Origin: an uncultured Ruminococcus sp.
GTDB lineage: Bacteria > Bacillota > Clostridia > Oscillospirales > Ruminococcaceae
Direction: 5' to 3'
Assembly (NCBI GenBank): GCA_949299215.1
Contig: CASFZT010000002.1
Coordinates: forward strand, 1-49,781
Length of the DNA stretch: 49,781 nt
Shown here piece by piece: positions 27,078 through 36,097 of the stretch. Both the position numbers and the translations under genes were made by a program. Below the pieces are notes generated by a model. That model made no database searches. It was given only the letters and a program-made list of their open reading frames with translations, and was not told where the DNA came from. The first letter of the stretch is position 1, and every line of letters starts with the position of its first letter.

Positions 27078-27180
27078 TTCAATAAGGGGCTTGCCCCGTC
27101 GTTATAAAGGCTGTCATACCGTAAAAACGGCAGGACAGCCTTATCTTTTTATATAATGATGGAGCAAGCCCCTTATTGAA
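27078..27180. repeat. Palindromic mini-element: two inverted R-end modules flanking a terminator hairpin
   Basis: TTCAATAAGGGGCTTGCCCCGTC (27078-27100) and its inverted copy GGAGCAAGCCCCTTATTGAA (27161-27180) flank the hairpin AAGGCTGTC...GACAGCCTT, which is followed by ATCTTTTT. Confidence 0.85.
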
Positions 27181-27182
27181 TG

Positions 27183-27226
27183 AAAAAACGGCATACAGTC
27201 CATTATGTGAACTGTGCCGCCTTTTC
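27183..27226. terminator. Hairpin with an A-run and a T-run on either side (possible bidirectional terminator; stronger on the minus strand)
   Basis: AAAAAA-CGGCATACAGT...ACTGTGCCG-CCTTTTC. Confidence 0.5.
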
Positions 27227-27670
27227 GTAAGAAGATTTTTATATTTATTTAAACTGCAAAACGCAGAGGGATTTTGGATGCCGCCCTTTCAGCATGGATA
27301 TTTCCTCTTGCTCAAGGACAGCGTGAAATTTAACTGCCTAATTATTTTTTAATAGGAGCCGCCGTTCGTTTGAAAACGGCAATGTATATATAGAAACACC
27401 AAGCGGTGTTGTTTACATTCCGCAGAATGTAGCTTCCTGCGGAATAAAAAGGAGAGAGAAAAATAAGGGGGTGCAAATGTGTAAACATTTGCAATTTATA
27501 TGGAAACTCAGGTTTGAGAGGTGTTCTCTTTTCCGTTTGCTGTGATTATATTATATCTGCCGTTTGTGTTAATTTTATGAAAGAAAAGCGAAAAGAAGAA
27601 AAAAGAGGTATGTTCGAAAGATAATATTGGTTTTGATAGATATGTAAAAAAAACATACAATATAAATGAG

Positions 27671-28081
27671 GTGGTCAAAATAAAAATTTTACGTGAAAAT
27701 ATAATTTTGTTTCTTTTCGGAGGAATACTTTATTCGCTTGTGGAAATTCTCTTCAGAGGATATACACATTGGTCGATGACGGTGACGGGAGGATTGTGCC
27801 TTGTTATTTTATATCGCCATTTTACACATTATACGAATGAAAGCCTGCTTGTAAAATGCTTTTACGGTATGTTTGTAATAACCTCGCTGGAGCTTGCGGT
27901 AGGCTGTATCGTAAATCTTATGTTTAAATGGAATGTGTGGGATTATTCGGGGCATATGCTGAATTTTATGGGACAGATATGTCTGTTGTTTTCGTTCCTG
28001 TGGTTTTTGATAACAATACCCGTGATATGGCTGTGCAGGTTTTTCAGCATTAAATTTGCGGAGCGCCGGAAAGTCCCCTGA
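27671..28081 (+). CDS. Small polytopic membrane protein, putative ABC-transporter type IV (CmpB/PF06541-like)
   Basis: 136 aa with an FGGILYSLVEILFRGYTHWSM signature. The GTG start has no well-spaced RBS, so the start is uncertain. Confidence 0.55.
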   Translation: MVKIKILRENIILFLFGGILYSLVEILFRGYTHWSMTVTGGLCLVILYRHFTHYTNESLLVKCFYGMFVITSLELAVGCIVNLMFKWNVWDYSGHMLNFMGQICLLFSFLWFLITIPVIWLCRFFSIKFAERRKVP

Positions 28082-28934
28082 TGTCGGCGGTGCGGTATTC
28101 GCGTGGCGTTATGCCGAAATGCTGACGGAATATGCGGCTGAAATAGTTTCCGTCACCAAAACCGCTTTGGAGTGCTGTGTCCTCTATGGATAAGTCGGTT
28201 TCTCTTAAAAGCATACAGGCATGACGCAGGCGGAGGGATAGTATGTATTTCTGCGGTGTGGTGTGATATGAGTCGGAGAATATCCGCATGAAGTGCCGGG
28301 GAGAGTAGTGTGACATTTTCGCAAGCTCGGTTACGGTTATTTTTTCGGTATAGTGATGTTCGATATATGCTGCAGCCGCAGCCGCATTCATGATGTGTTT
28401 GGGGTTTTCGGAGTTCTCTCTGCCGTAAAGACGTATGAGAGTTACTGCAAGCTGCATGAAATATGAACGCAAAAGCTCACGCCGTCCCTCCGCAGCACTG
28501 TTGTATTCGTTCATGATGTTGTGTATAAGACCGTAGATGCGGATATAATCTCCCGGGGAAAGTGTGAAACGGTTTGAAAAGCCTTGTATCGAAGTGAGAT
28601 AAGGAGCGAAAAGTGCGTGAAAAGACGGCAGCTTGGTGATATCGGAGCCAGGCTTGAAAAAGCTGTCCATGCGGAACATTATGTTGCACATATTGAAATC
28701 CTCTGCGTGAACATAGCCGTGCACGGCACTTGTTCCGACAACAAAAACATCACCTTTTTTTAAGGAGTACATCTCACCGTCGATAATGTGGGTGGCTGTG
28801 CCGCTTGTTACTATTACAAGCTCGTGAAAGTCGATGTGGCGGTGCATGGGAAAGGTGTCCTCATGCTTGTCAAACATTATGTGGAACGGAAAATTATCGT
28901 CAAGAGCAAAGAGAGCAAGGTTAAATTCTTTCAT
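28050..28934 (-). CDS. AraC family transcriptional regulator (cupin sensor plus HTH)
   Basis: 294 aa with an N-terminal cupin (HRHIDFHELVIV) and C-terminal AraC HTH repeats (GFGDGNYFSRIFRQHFGITPREYR). Confidence 0.9.
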   Translation of the reverse strand: MKEFNLALFALDDNFPFHIMFDKHEDTFPMHRHIDFHELVIVTSGTATHIIDGEMYSLKKGDVFVVGTSAVHGYVHAEDFNMCNIMFRMDSFFKPGSDITKLPSFHALFAPYLTSIQGFSNRFTLSPGDYIRIYGLIHNIMNEYNSAAEGRRELLRSYFMQLAVTLIRLYGRENSENPKHIMNAAAAAAYIEHHYTEKITVTELAKMSHYSPRHFMRIFSDSYHTTPQKYILSLRLRHACMLLRETDLSIEDTALQSGFGDGNYFSRIFRQHFGITPREYRTADIRGLSGAPQI

Positions 28935-29162
28935 TTTTTAAAACATCTCCTATATTTAACTGATTTTTGGATATTTATATTTGTACAAATTCTTAATAAT
29001 ATAGTGTATGTCTATTTTGTACTAAAAAATGTCTTTATAGTTATGGAAAAACGCATAAAAATATGTTACCATTACAATACATTATAGCACAAATTTACAA
29101 AACGTTCAATGTGTTTGTGTATAATATTTTGATTGTGATAAAAAATTCGGAGGTGTTCTTTT

Positions 29163-30671
29163 ATGTCCGATATTTCGGCTGAATTCAGAAGTCCGGAGGA
29201 TGCAGGCTCAAGAAAGATCAAGACGGGTGCGGTCAGAACTCCAAGAGAAAAGGTTGCAGACAAGATATACTGGTTAGTGCGTTTGTTTACGATTGTAAAC
29301 GTTGTCTTGATGTTTTTCCCGAGCGTGAATCCTGCAAGAGTAAGTGAGAATATCAATAAGAGCTTGTCGCTTTTTACCTGCGGTGTTGCTTATGATACGC
29401 TTACGGTGAATATGGGACGTGCGTTTTCAAGAGGCTGGGTATCAGAGGAAGCATTCAGGCTTATCAATGCGTCAAGCCTTATAATAATTTTTGCGGCGGT
29501 AGCACTTATAGCCGGCGCTTGTATGTCGCTTGGAAACAACAAGCTAAAAAGACTCGGTTCTGTTGTTACGGCAGCAGGAGGTCTGATAGAGATCGGCGGA
29601 CTTTACGGAATTACAAGAGCATATCATATGCTTGAACAGTCCGAAAGAATTGAAAAGGCACTCCCCGTTTTCCAGCATATTTTTTATGTGTATGCAGCGC
29701 TTGCGGTTGGTCTGGCAGTTGTGTCCGTGGCTGAAATTTTCATTGTGCCTGTTACGGAAGAACATAAGGCATTTGAGATGGAGCCTAAGTACAGACTGTT
29801 CCTTATGATGCTCCCGATACTTGTGCTTGCGTTTGTATTTTCATATCTGCCGCTTTACGGCTGGAGATATGCTTTCTTTGATTATAAGTCGGGCGAAACT
29901 CTTACAATGGATAAGTTTGTCGGATTCAAGTGGTTTACATCTCTTTTTGAAAATGCCGCAACAAAGCGTGATGTGTTAAGGGTTCTGAAAAATACACTCG
30001 GTATGAGCGGTCTTGGTATCGCAACAAGCTGGGTAGCTATGGCTTTTGCTATCTTCCTTTCTGAGATCAAGAATACACATTACAGAAGATTTATACAGAC
30101 ATTTACAACTATCCCTAACTTTATAAGCTGGGTGCTTGTTTATGCAATAGCGCTTGCTATTTTCTCGGCAGACGGATTTATAAATACATTCCTTACAAAT
30201 ATCGGAATTGAGGCAAATACTAACTACCTCCTCGATTCATCGCATATGTGGCTGAAAATGCTTGCATGGGGTATCTGGAAGGGAACAGGCTGGAGTGCGA
30301 TCATTTACATTGCCGCTATATCCGGTATCGACCAGCAGCTTTATGAAGCGGCTACGGTTGACGGTGCGGGACGTTTCCAGAAGATGTGGTATATTACCGT
30401 GCCGGAGCTTATCCCTACATATATGGTACTTTTGCTTATGTCAATTGCAAATATTCTTTCAAACGGTATGGAGCAGTATCTCGTATTCTCAAATGCCGTT
30501 AATAAGAATACCATTGAAGTTCTTGACCTTTATGTTTATAACCTTGGTATAGGAAACGGACTTATTCCTATGTCTACGGTAATAGGCATGGTCAAATCAA
30601 TAGTCAGCGTAATTCTTCTCTTTGCTGCAAACGGAATTTCCAAGGCAGTACGCGGTGAGAGTATTGTATAA
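29163..30671 (+). CDS. Sugar ABC transporter permease (LplB/CUT1-like) with an extra N-terminal membrane domain of about 195 aa
   Basis: The C-terminal ~305 aa, from MEPKYRLFLMMLPIL, look like a standard LplB-type permease. The N-terminal part has about 4 additional predicted TM segments in the same frame. Confidence 0.75.
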   Translation: MSDISAEFRSPEDAGSRKIKTGAVRTPREKVADKIYWLVRLFTIVNVVLMFFPSVNPARVSENINKSLSLFTCGVAYDTLTVNMGRAFSRGWVSEEAFRLINASSLIIIFAAVALIAGACMSLGNNKLKRLGSVVTAAGGLIEIGGLYGITRAYHMLEQSERIEKALPVFQHIFYVYAALAVGLAVVSVAEIFIVPVTEEHKAFEMEPKYRLFLMMLPILVLAFVFSYLPLYGWRYAFFDYKSGETLTMDKFVGFKWFTSLFENAATKRDVLRVLKNTLGMSGLGIATSWVAMAFAIFLSEIKNTHYRRFIQTFTTIPNFISWVLVYAIALAIFSADGFINTFLTNIGIEANTNYLLDSSHMWLKMLAWGIWKGTGWSAIIYIAAISGIDQQLYEAATVDGAGRFQKMWYITVPELIPTYMVLLLMSIANILSNGMEQYLVFSNAVNKNTIEVLDLYVYNLGIGNGLIPMSTVIGMVKSIVSVILLFAANGISKAVRGESIV

Positions 30672-30683
30672 GGAGGAAAAGAT

Positions 30684-31646
30684 ATGAAAATTCTCAGTAA
30701 AGAAGAACGTGTGATGAGAAGAGAAGAAAAGAAAGAGCATAAATCCCATGTAAAGCTTACGCTCGGTGATATCATCTTCAATATCTTCAACTATACGTTT
30801 TTTACATTGTTTACAATAAGCTGTATTTTCCCGTTTTACTATATTTTTATCAATACAATTTCATCAAACGATCTGGTAAGAAGAGGTCTTATTACATTTT
30901 ACCCCAGAGAGCTTACCATTCAGAACTACCTTGCACTTGAAAATGTAAATGACCTGTGGTCGTCGTTCGGTGTTACGATATTGCGTTCGGTTATAGGTAC
31001 GGCATTGATGGTTTTTGCATCTGCGCTTGCAGGCTACCTTATGACAAAGAAGGAAATGTGGCACAGAAAATTATGGTACAGATTCCTTATTATAACAATG
31101 TATTTTAATGCAGGTCTTATTCCTACATATCTGAATCTTTCAATGCTCGGACTTACAGATACATTTCTTGTGTATATTATTCCGGCGATAGTTTCTCCGT
31201 ATAATATCATTCTTGTAAAGACATATGTTGAGTCTATACCGGGAGAAATTGAGGAAAGCGCCTTTATTGACGGTGCCGGGTACTGGACGATTTTCCATAA
31301 GATAATCTGGCCGTTAAGCAAACCGATACTTGCTACGATAGCAATTTTCGGTGCGGTAGGACATTGGAATTCATTCCAGGATTCTCTTATTTATAATGCA
31401 AACTCTCCGGAGCTTTATACGCTTCAGCACAGACTTTATGTGTACCTGAATCAATCATCAAACCTTGGTGCGATGATGGATGGCGGTATGAGCAGTTCGG
31501 ACAGCGGTGTAATCGCAAACTCGCTTAATACAAAGGTTATTCAGTATACAATTTCGATGATAACAATTATTCCTATTCTGTGCGTATATCCCTTTATGCA
31601 GAGATATTTTGAAAAGGGTATTATGCTTGGTGCGGTAAAGGGTTAA
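30684..31646 (+). CDS. Carbohydrate ABC transporter permease (LplC-like)
   Basis: 320 aa and polytopic, with an EAA-loop-like ESAFIDGAGYWTIFHKIIWPLSKP. Confidence 0.85.
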   Translation: MKILSKEERVMRREEKKEHKSHVKLTLGDIIFNIFNYTFFTLFTISCIFPFYYIFINTISSNDLVRRGLITFYPRELTIQNYLALENVNDLWSSFGVTILRSVIGTALMVFASALAGYLMTKKEMWHRKLWYRFLIITMYFNAGLIPTYLNLSMLGLTDTFLVYIIPAIVSPYNIILVKTYVESIPGEIEESAFIDGAGYWTIFHKIIWPLSKPILATIAIFGAVGHWNSFQDSLIYNANSPELYTLQHRLYVYLNQSSNLGAMMDGGMSSSDSGVIANSLNTKVIQYTISMITIIPILCVYPFMQRYFEKGIMLGAVKG

Positions 31647-31706
31647 ATTTATATGGGGCTTCGGCGGCACGTTATCCGAAGTCCCTTTTTAATGCGGAGG
31701 AATGTT

Positions 31707-32381
31707 ATGAAGCTGTTTAATATAGACAGTCCGGTTTATAGGTTTATGCAAAGATTATGGGACGTTTTCAGATTGAATCTTATGTGGCTGCTGTTCAGTC
31801 TTCCTGTTGTCACAATAGGAATAAGCACGATCGCAGCGGCGGACGTTACCCTGCGTATGACGGAGGAAAGAGAAGGTCATGTTGTGCATGACTTTATAAA
31901 GGCGTTCAAGGCAAATTGGAAACAGGGAATACCCATGTCGTTTGTTACACTTTTGAGTATATATGCGATATGGATGGATATTCAGCTTATTAATGCAGTT
32001 GAGGACGGCACGATGTTCCTTATAATGACAATAGTATCTGCGTATATTTTTATTTTCGGTCAGATTTATGTCTATCCTCTGCTTGCAAGATATGATAACA
32101 GTATCATAAATTCACTGAAAAATTCCTTTGAGCTTGGTATGAAATATTTCGGAAGAACTGTGCTGCTGCTGATAGTGCTTGCACTTGAAATTGCAGTAAT
32201 ATTCTGGAATACCACAACGCTTTTTGCAGGTGCTTTGATAGGACCTGCCTGCGTGATATATACCATAAGCGGGACGGCGATGTATATTTTCAGGGATATG
32301 GAAAAGATACCGGGCAGTACAAGAGAAAAGGAAGATGATACCGATACAGCCGAGTCGGAGGATACGGAAGACGAGGAGTAA
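31707..32381 (+). CDS. YesL family (DUF624) membrane protein with an acidic tail
   Basis: It starts MKLFNIDSPVYRFMQRLWDVFRLNLMWLLFSLPVVTIG. ATG 31707 lies behind the RBS GGAGG; the track ORF starts at 31653. Confidence 0.8.
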   Translation: MKLFNIDSPVYRFMQRLWDVFRLNLMWLLFSLPVVTIGISTIAAADVTLRMTEEREGHVVHDFIKAFKANWKQGIPMSFVTLLSIYAIWMDIQLINAVEDGTMFLIMTIVSAYIFIFGQIYVYPLLARYDNSIINSLKNSFELGMKYFGRTVLLLIVLALEIAVIFWNTTTLFAGALIGPACVIYTISGTAMYIFRDMEKIPGSTREKEDDTDTAESEDTEDEE

Positions 32382-32424
32382 CATTCTTAAATATGTATAA
32401 ACTGTAAACAATTGCAATAACCTC

Positions 32425-32453
32425 TTGCAAAATGAGGAAAAGTGTTCTATACT
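32425..32453 (+). promoter_or_regulatory. htpG promoter
   Basis: TTGCAA-17 nt-TATACT. Confidence 0.5.
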
Positions 32454-32457
32454 ATTC

Positions 32458-32484
32458 TTAGCACTCAAAATGATAGACTGCTAA
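32458..32484. promoter_or_regulatory. CIRCE element (HrcA operator)
   Basis: TTAGCACTC-N9-GACTGCTAA differs from the consensus TTAGCACTC-N9-GAGTGCTAA at one position. It lies immediately downstream of the -10. Confidence 0.7.
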
Positions 32485-32563
32485 CACTTTTGATGATCAA
32501 CTGCTAATTTGCGTGCCTTCAATTGTGTAATAATATTATGTATTTTAAAAGGAAGTGTCATTT

Positions 32564-34477
32564 ATGGCTGAGACTAAACAGTTCAAGGCAGAATCAAAGC
32601 GTTTGCTTGATATGATGATTAATTCGATTTATACACATAAGGAGATATTTCTGCGTGAGATAATTTCAAATGCAAGCGATGCTATGGATAAGCTTTATTT
32701 TAAATCCCTTACGGACGATAAGGTTGGTATGAACCGCTCCGATTTCTTTATCAAGATAGAGGCTGATAAGGACGCAAGAACGCTTATTGTCCGTGATAAT
32801 GGCATAGGCATGACAAAGGACGAGCTGGAGAATAACCTCGGTACAATAGCAAACAGCGGCTCGTTCAGCTTTAAGAATGACGAGGCAAATACAGCCGAGG
32901 ACGTTGATATTATCGGTCAGTTCGGCGTAGGCTTTTATTCCGCATTTATGGTTGCTAAGGAAGTGGAAGTGCGTACAAAGGCATATGGTTCTGAGCAGGC
33001 ATATCTGTGGAAGTCGTCAGGAGTTGACGGATATACGATAGAGGAGTGCGAAAAGAATGACGGCGTAGGTACGGAAGTCCGCCTTATATTGAAGGACGAT
33101 ACCGATGACGAGTGTTATGATGAGTTTCTTATGCAGTGGAAGATAAAGAATCTTGTAAAGAAGTATTCCGATTATATCCACTATCCGATCAAGTTTGATA
33201 TGGAGCATGATCATTTGAAGGAAGGCACCGGTGTTGATGATGTTCCGCCCGAGTATGAAACAACGATCGAGGAAGAAACCCTGAACAGCATGACTCCGCT
33301 CTGGAGAAAAAATAAGAACGAGATAACCGATGAGGAGTATAATAAATTCTATAAGGAAAAATTCTTTGATTACAGAGATCCTATGAAATATATCCATGTA
33401 AAGACGGAGGGTACTGCAACATATGACGGACTTTTGTTTATCCCGTCACAGCCGCCGATGGATTATTACACAAAGAATTATGAAAAGGGTCTGCAGCTTT
33501 ATTCAAGCGGTGTGCTTATTATGGATAAGTGCGCAGACCTGCTGCCCGACCACTTCTCGTTTGTAAAGGGTCTTGTTGATTCACAGGACCTCTCGCTGAA
33601 TATCTCAAGAGAGATGCTCCAGCATGACCGCCAGCTTAAGCTTATTGCAAAATCACTTGAAAAAACGATAAAGAATGAGCTTAAAAAGATGCTGAATAAT
33701 GAGCGTGAGAAGTATGAGGAGTTCTGGAAGAGCTTCGGTATGCAGATAAAATTCGGTGTTTATAACGGCTATGGAGTTAATAAGGACCTGCTTAAGGATA
33801 TCCTTATGTTTTACTCTTCAAATGATAAGAAGCTCTGCACTCTTGATGAATATGTGTCGAGAATGAAAGAGGATCAGAAGTATATTTATTATGCAGCAGG
33901 CGAAACAGTTGATAAGGTAGATAACCTGCCTCAGACAGAGGTCGTTAAGGATAAGGGATATGAAATATTGTACCTTACCGAAAGCGTAGACGAATTTGCC
34001 GTTAAGGTTCTTGAGAGCTATAATGACAAGCAGTTCAAGTCGATATCCGATGCCGACCTTGATCTTGAAACACCGGAGGAGAAGGAAGAATTCAAGAAGC
34101 TGTCCGATGAAAGCAAGGATATGCTTGAGGAGATATCAAAGTCACTTGGCGGAAAGATAAAGTCTGCTAAGCTTTCCGAGCGTCTTAAATCTCACCCTGT
34201 ATGCCTTACAAGTGAGGGACAAATTTCCATTGAAATGGAAAAGACCTTTGCGCAGATGCCTACCGACCAAAATGTAAAGGCGGAAAAGGTGCTTGAAATA
34301 AATCCTAACCACGCAATATTTGAAGTGCTCAAGGAGCTTTATGCTTCCGATAAGGATAAGCTTGCGGCGTACAGCAAGATACTTTATAATGAAGCGCTGC
34401 TGATAGAGGGTATGACAATTGAAAACCCTGTTGAGTTCAGCAATCTTGTTTGCAGCCTTATGGTTGATAAGAAATAA
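32564..34477 (+). CDS. htpG: Molecular chaperone HtpG (Hsp90)
   Basis: It has the GHKL ATPase motifs ([29 protein letters not shown]). ATG 32564 lies 9 nt after AAAAGGAAG; the track starts at GTG 32555. Confidence 0.95.
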   Translation: MAETKQFKAESKRLLDMMINSIYTHKEIFLREIISNASDAMDKLYFKSLTDDKVGMNRSDFFIKIEADKDARTLIVRDNGIGMTKDELENNLGTIANSGSFSFKNDEANTAEDVDIIGQFGVGFYSAFMVAKEVEVRTKAYGSEQAYLWKSSGVDGYTIEECEKNDGVGTEVRLILKDDTDDECYDEFLMQWKIKNLVKKYSDYIHYPIKFDMEHDHLKEGTGVDDVPPEYETTIEEETLNSMTPLWRKNKNEITDEEYNKFYKEKFFDYRDPMKYIHVKTEGTATYDGLLFIPSQPPMDYYTKNYEKGLQLYSSGVLIMDKCADLLPDHFSFVKGLVDSQDLSLNISREMLQHDRQLKLIAKSLEKTIKNELKKMLNNEREKYEEFWKSFGMQIKFGVYNGYGVNKDLLKDILMFYSSNDKKLCTLDEYVSRMKEDQKYIYYAAGETVDKVDNLPQTEVVKDKGYEILYLTESVDEFAVKVLESYNDKQFKSISDADLDLETPEEKEEFKKLSDESKDMLEEISKSLGGKIKSAKLSERLKSHPVCLTSEGQISIEMEKTFAQMPTDQNVKAEKVLEINPNHAIFEVLKELYASDKDKLAAYSKILYNEALLIEGMTIENPVEFSNLVCSLMVDKK

Positions 34478-34520
34478 CTTAGGCAAAATGTCTCTCGCCT
34501 CTAAGGCGGCGGATTTTTTG
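34474..34520 (+). terminator. Isolated L-end module of the repeat, acting as the htpG terminator
   Basis: ATAACTTAGGCAAAATGTCTCTCGCCTCTAAGGCGGCGG is followed by ATTTTTTG. The htpG TAA lies inside the module. Confidence 0.6.
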
Positions 34521-34593
34521 CTGAAATCATTGACTTATGCCGAATTTTTGGATATAATATTATAATATATCGATTCGGCATAAAAATATCAGT

Positions 34594-34636
34594 AAAAAAT
34601 CGCACAGGATAAATTAAAATCCTGTGCGATTTTTTA
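34594..34636. terminator. Bidirectional intrinsic terminator
   Basis: AAAAAA-TCGCACAGGAT...ATCCTGTGCGA-TTTTTT. The stem is a perfect 11 bp. Confidence 0.85.
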
Positions 34637-34681
34637 TAAGTATATATTAGTGCGTATTGAAACTGCCGTTCAACGTTTATC

Positions 34682-36070
34682 TTAGTTTTTAGATTTGATA
34701 TATTCATCAATAGCCTTTGCGGCAGTTTTACCGGCACCCATTGCAAGAATAACGGTAGCCGCACCTGTTACTGCATCGCCGCCCGCATAGATACCCTCTC
34801 GAGAGGTAAGTCCGTTTTCATCACAGATAAAGCAGCCTCTGCGGTTTGTTTCAAGACCCTGTGTCGTGTTTCTGATAAGCGGATTGGGAGATGTTCCGAT
34901 GGACATGATAACACATTCAACATCAAGATTAAATTCCGAACCCGGCTTTTCAACGGGACTTCTTCTGCCACTTTCGTCAGGCTCGCCAAGCTCCATCTCA
35001 ATGCACTTCATTCCCTTTACGAATTTGTGCTCGTCGCCAAGAATTTCTACGGGATTGTTAAGTGTCTTGAAGATGATGCCCTCTTCCTTTGCGTGTTCAA
35101 TTTCTTCGTTACGTGCAGGCATTTCGGCTTCGCTTCTTCTGTATACTATGTATACATTTTCAGCTCCAAGCCGCTTTGCACAGCGTGCAGCGTCCATTGC
35201 AACGTTGCCGCCGCCCACGACAGCTACATTCTTTGCACGTTCGATAGGTGTGTCTGAATCAGGCATATACGCTTTCATAAGATTTGTTCTTGTGAGAAAT
35301 TCGTTTGCGGAGTAAACACCCTTGAGATTTTCACCGGGGATACCCATAAATCTTGGCAGACCTGCACCCGAGCCTATGAAAACGGATTCATATCCCATCT
35401 CAAAAAGCTCATCAACGGATATGGTCTTTCCGACAACGGTGTTTGTGTTTACCTTAACACCGATAGCTTTAAGACCGTCAACTTCTTTCTGTACAATGGA
35501 CTTGGGAAGTCTGAATTCGGGGATACCATAAACGAGAACGCCGCCTGCAAGGTGGAGAGCCTCGTAGATAGTAACGTCATAACCCATCTTTGCAAGATCG
35601 CCCGCACAGGTAAGACCGGAAGGACCTGCACCGATAACAGCGACCTTGTGACCGTTTGCTTCGGGCTTAACGGGAGCGGTGCTGCTGTGTTCGTTGTGCC
35701 AGTCGGCAACAAATCTTTCGAGTCTGCCTATGCCGACAGGCTCTCCCTTGATACCTCTTACGCATTTTCCCTCACACTGTGTTTCCTGTGGACATACACG
35801 TCCGCAAACGGCAGGGAGAGAGCTTGATTTTGAGATAATGTCATAAGCACCATCAAAATCCTCTTCCGCAACCTTTGCAATGAAGTCGGGGATATTTATT
35901 CCTACCGGACAGCCGCTTACGCAGGGCTTGTTTTTACAATGGAGACATCTGTTGGCTTCATCAATGGCAGTTTCCTTTGAGTAGCCGAGAGTAACCTCCT
36001 TAAAATTGCCGCTTCTTACCTTAGGGTCCTGAGCAGGCATTTCATTCTTTTTAAGTGACATATTAGCCAT
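34682..36070 (-). CDS. nfnB: NADPH-dependent glutamate synthase small-chain-like flavoprotein (GltA/GltD-like), most likely NfnB/SudA
   Basis: 462 aa with N-terminal Fe-S Cys motifs (CLHCKNKPCVSGCPV) and two Rossmann folds (VAVIGAGPSG, VAVVGGGNVAMD). It is paired with an NfnA-like gene upstream. Confidence 0.8.
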   Translation of the reverse strand: MANMSLKKNEMPAQDPKVRSGNFKEVTLGYSKETAIDEANRCLHCKNKPCVSGCPVGINIPDFIAKVAEEDFDGAYDIISKSSSLPAVCGRVCPQETQCEGKCVRGIKGEPVGIGRLERFVADWHNEHSSTAPVKPEANGHKVAVIGAGPSGLTCAGDLAKMGYDVTIYEALHLAGGVLVYGIPEFRLPKSIVQKEVDGLKAIGVKVNTNTVVGKTISVDELFEMGYESVFIGSGAGLPRFMGIPGENLKGVYSANEFLTRTNLMKAYMPDSDTPIERAKNVAVVGGGNVAMDAARCAKRLGAENVYIVYRRSEAEMPARNEEIEHAKEEGIIFKTLNNPVEILGDEHKFVKGMKCIEMELGEPDESGRRSPVEKPGSEFNLDVECVIMSIGTSPNPLIRNTTQGLETNRRGCFICDENGLTSREGIYAGGDAVTGAATVILAMGAGKTAAKAIDEYIKSKN

Positions 36071-36097
36071 ATCTGTATATACTCCTTGTTCTTGATA

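Noticed and set aside
28050-28081. 32-nt convergent overlap of the CmpB-like and AraC gene 3' ends
   Set aside because: Short 3'-3' overlaps are common in compact genomes. The start and extent of the CmpB-like ORF are themselves uncertain.
34501-34764. 87-aa minus-strand ORF between htpG and the nfnB-like gene
   Set aside because: It spans two terminators and the repeat L module and overlaps the 3' end of the nfnB-like CDS. It has no RBS.
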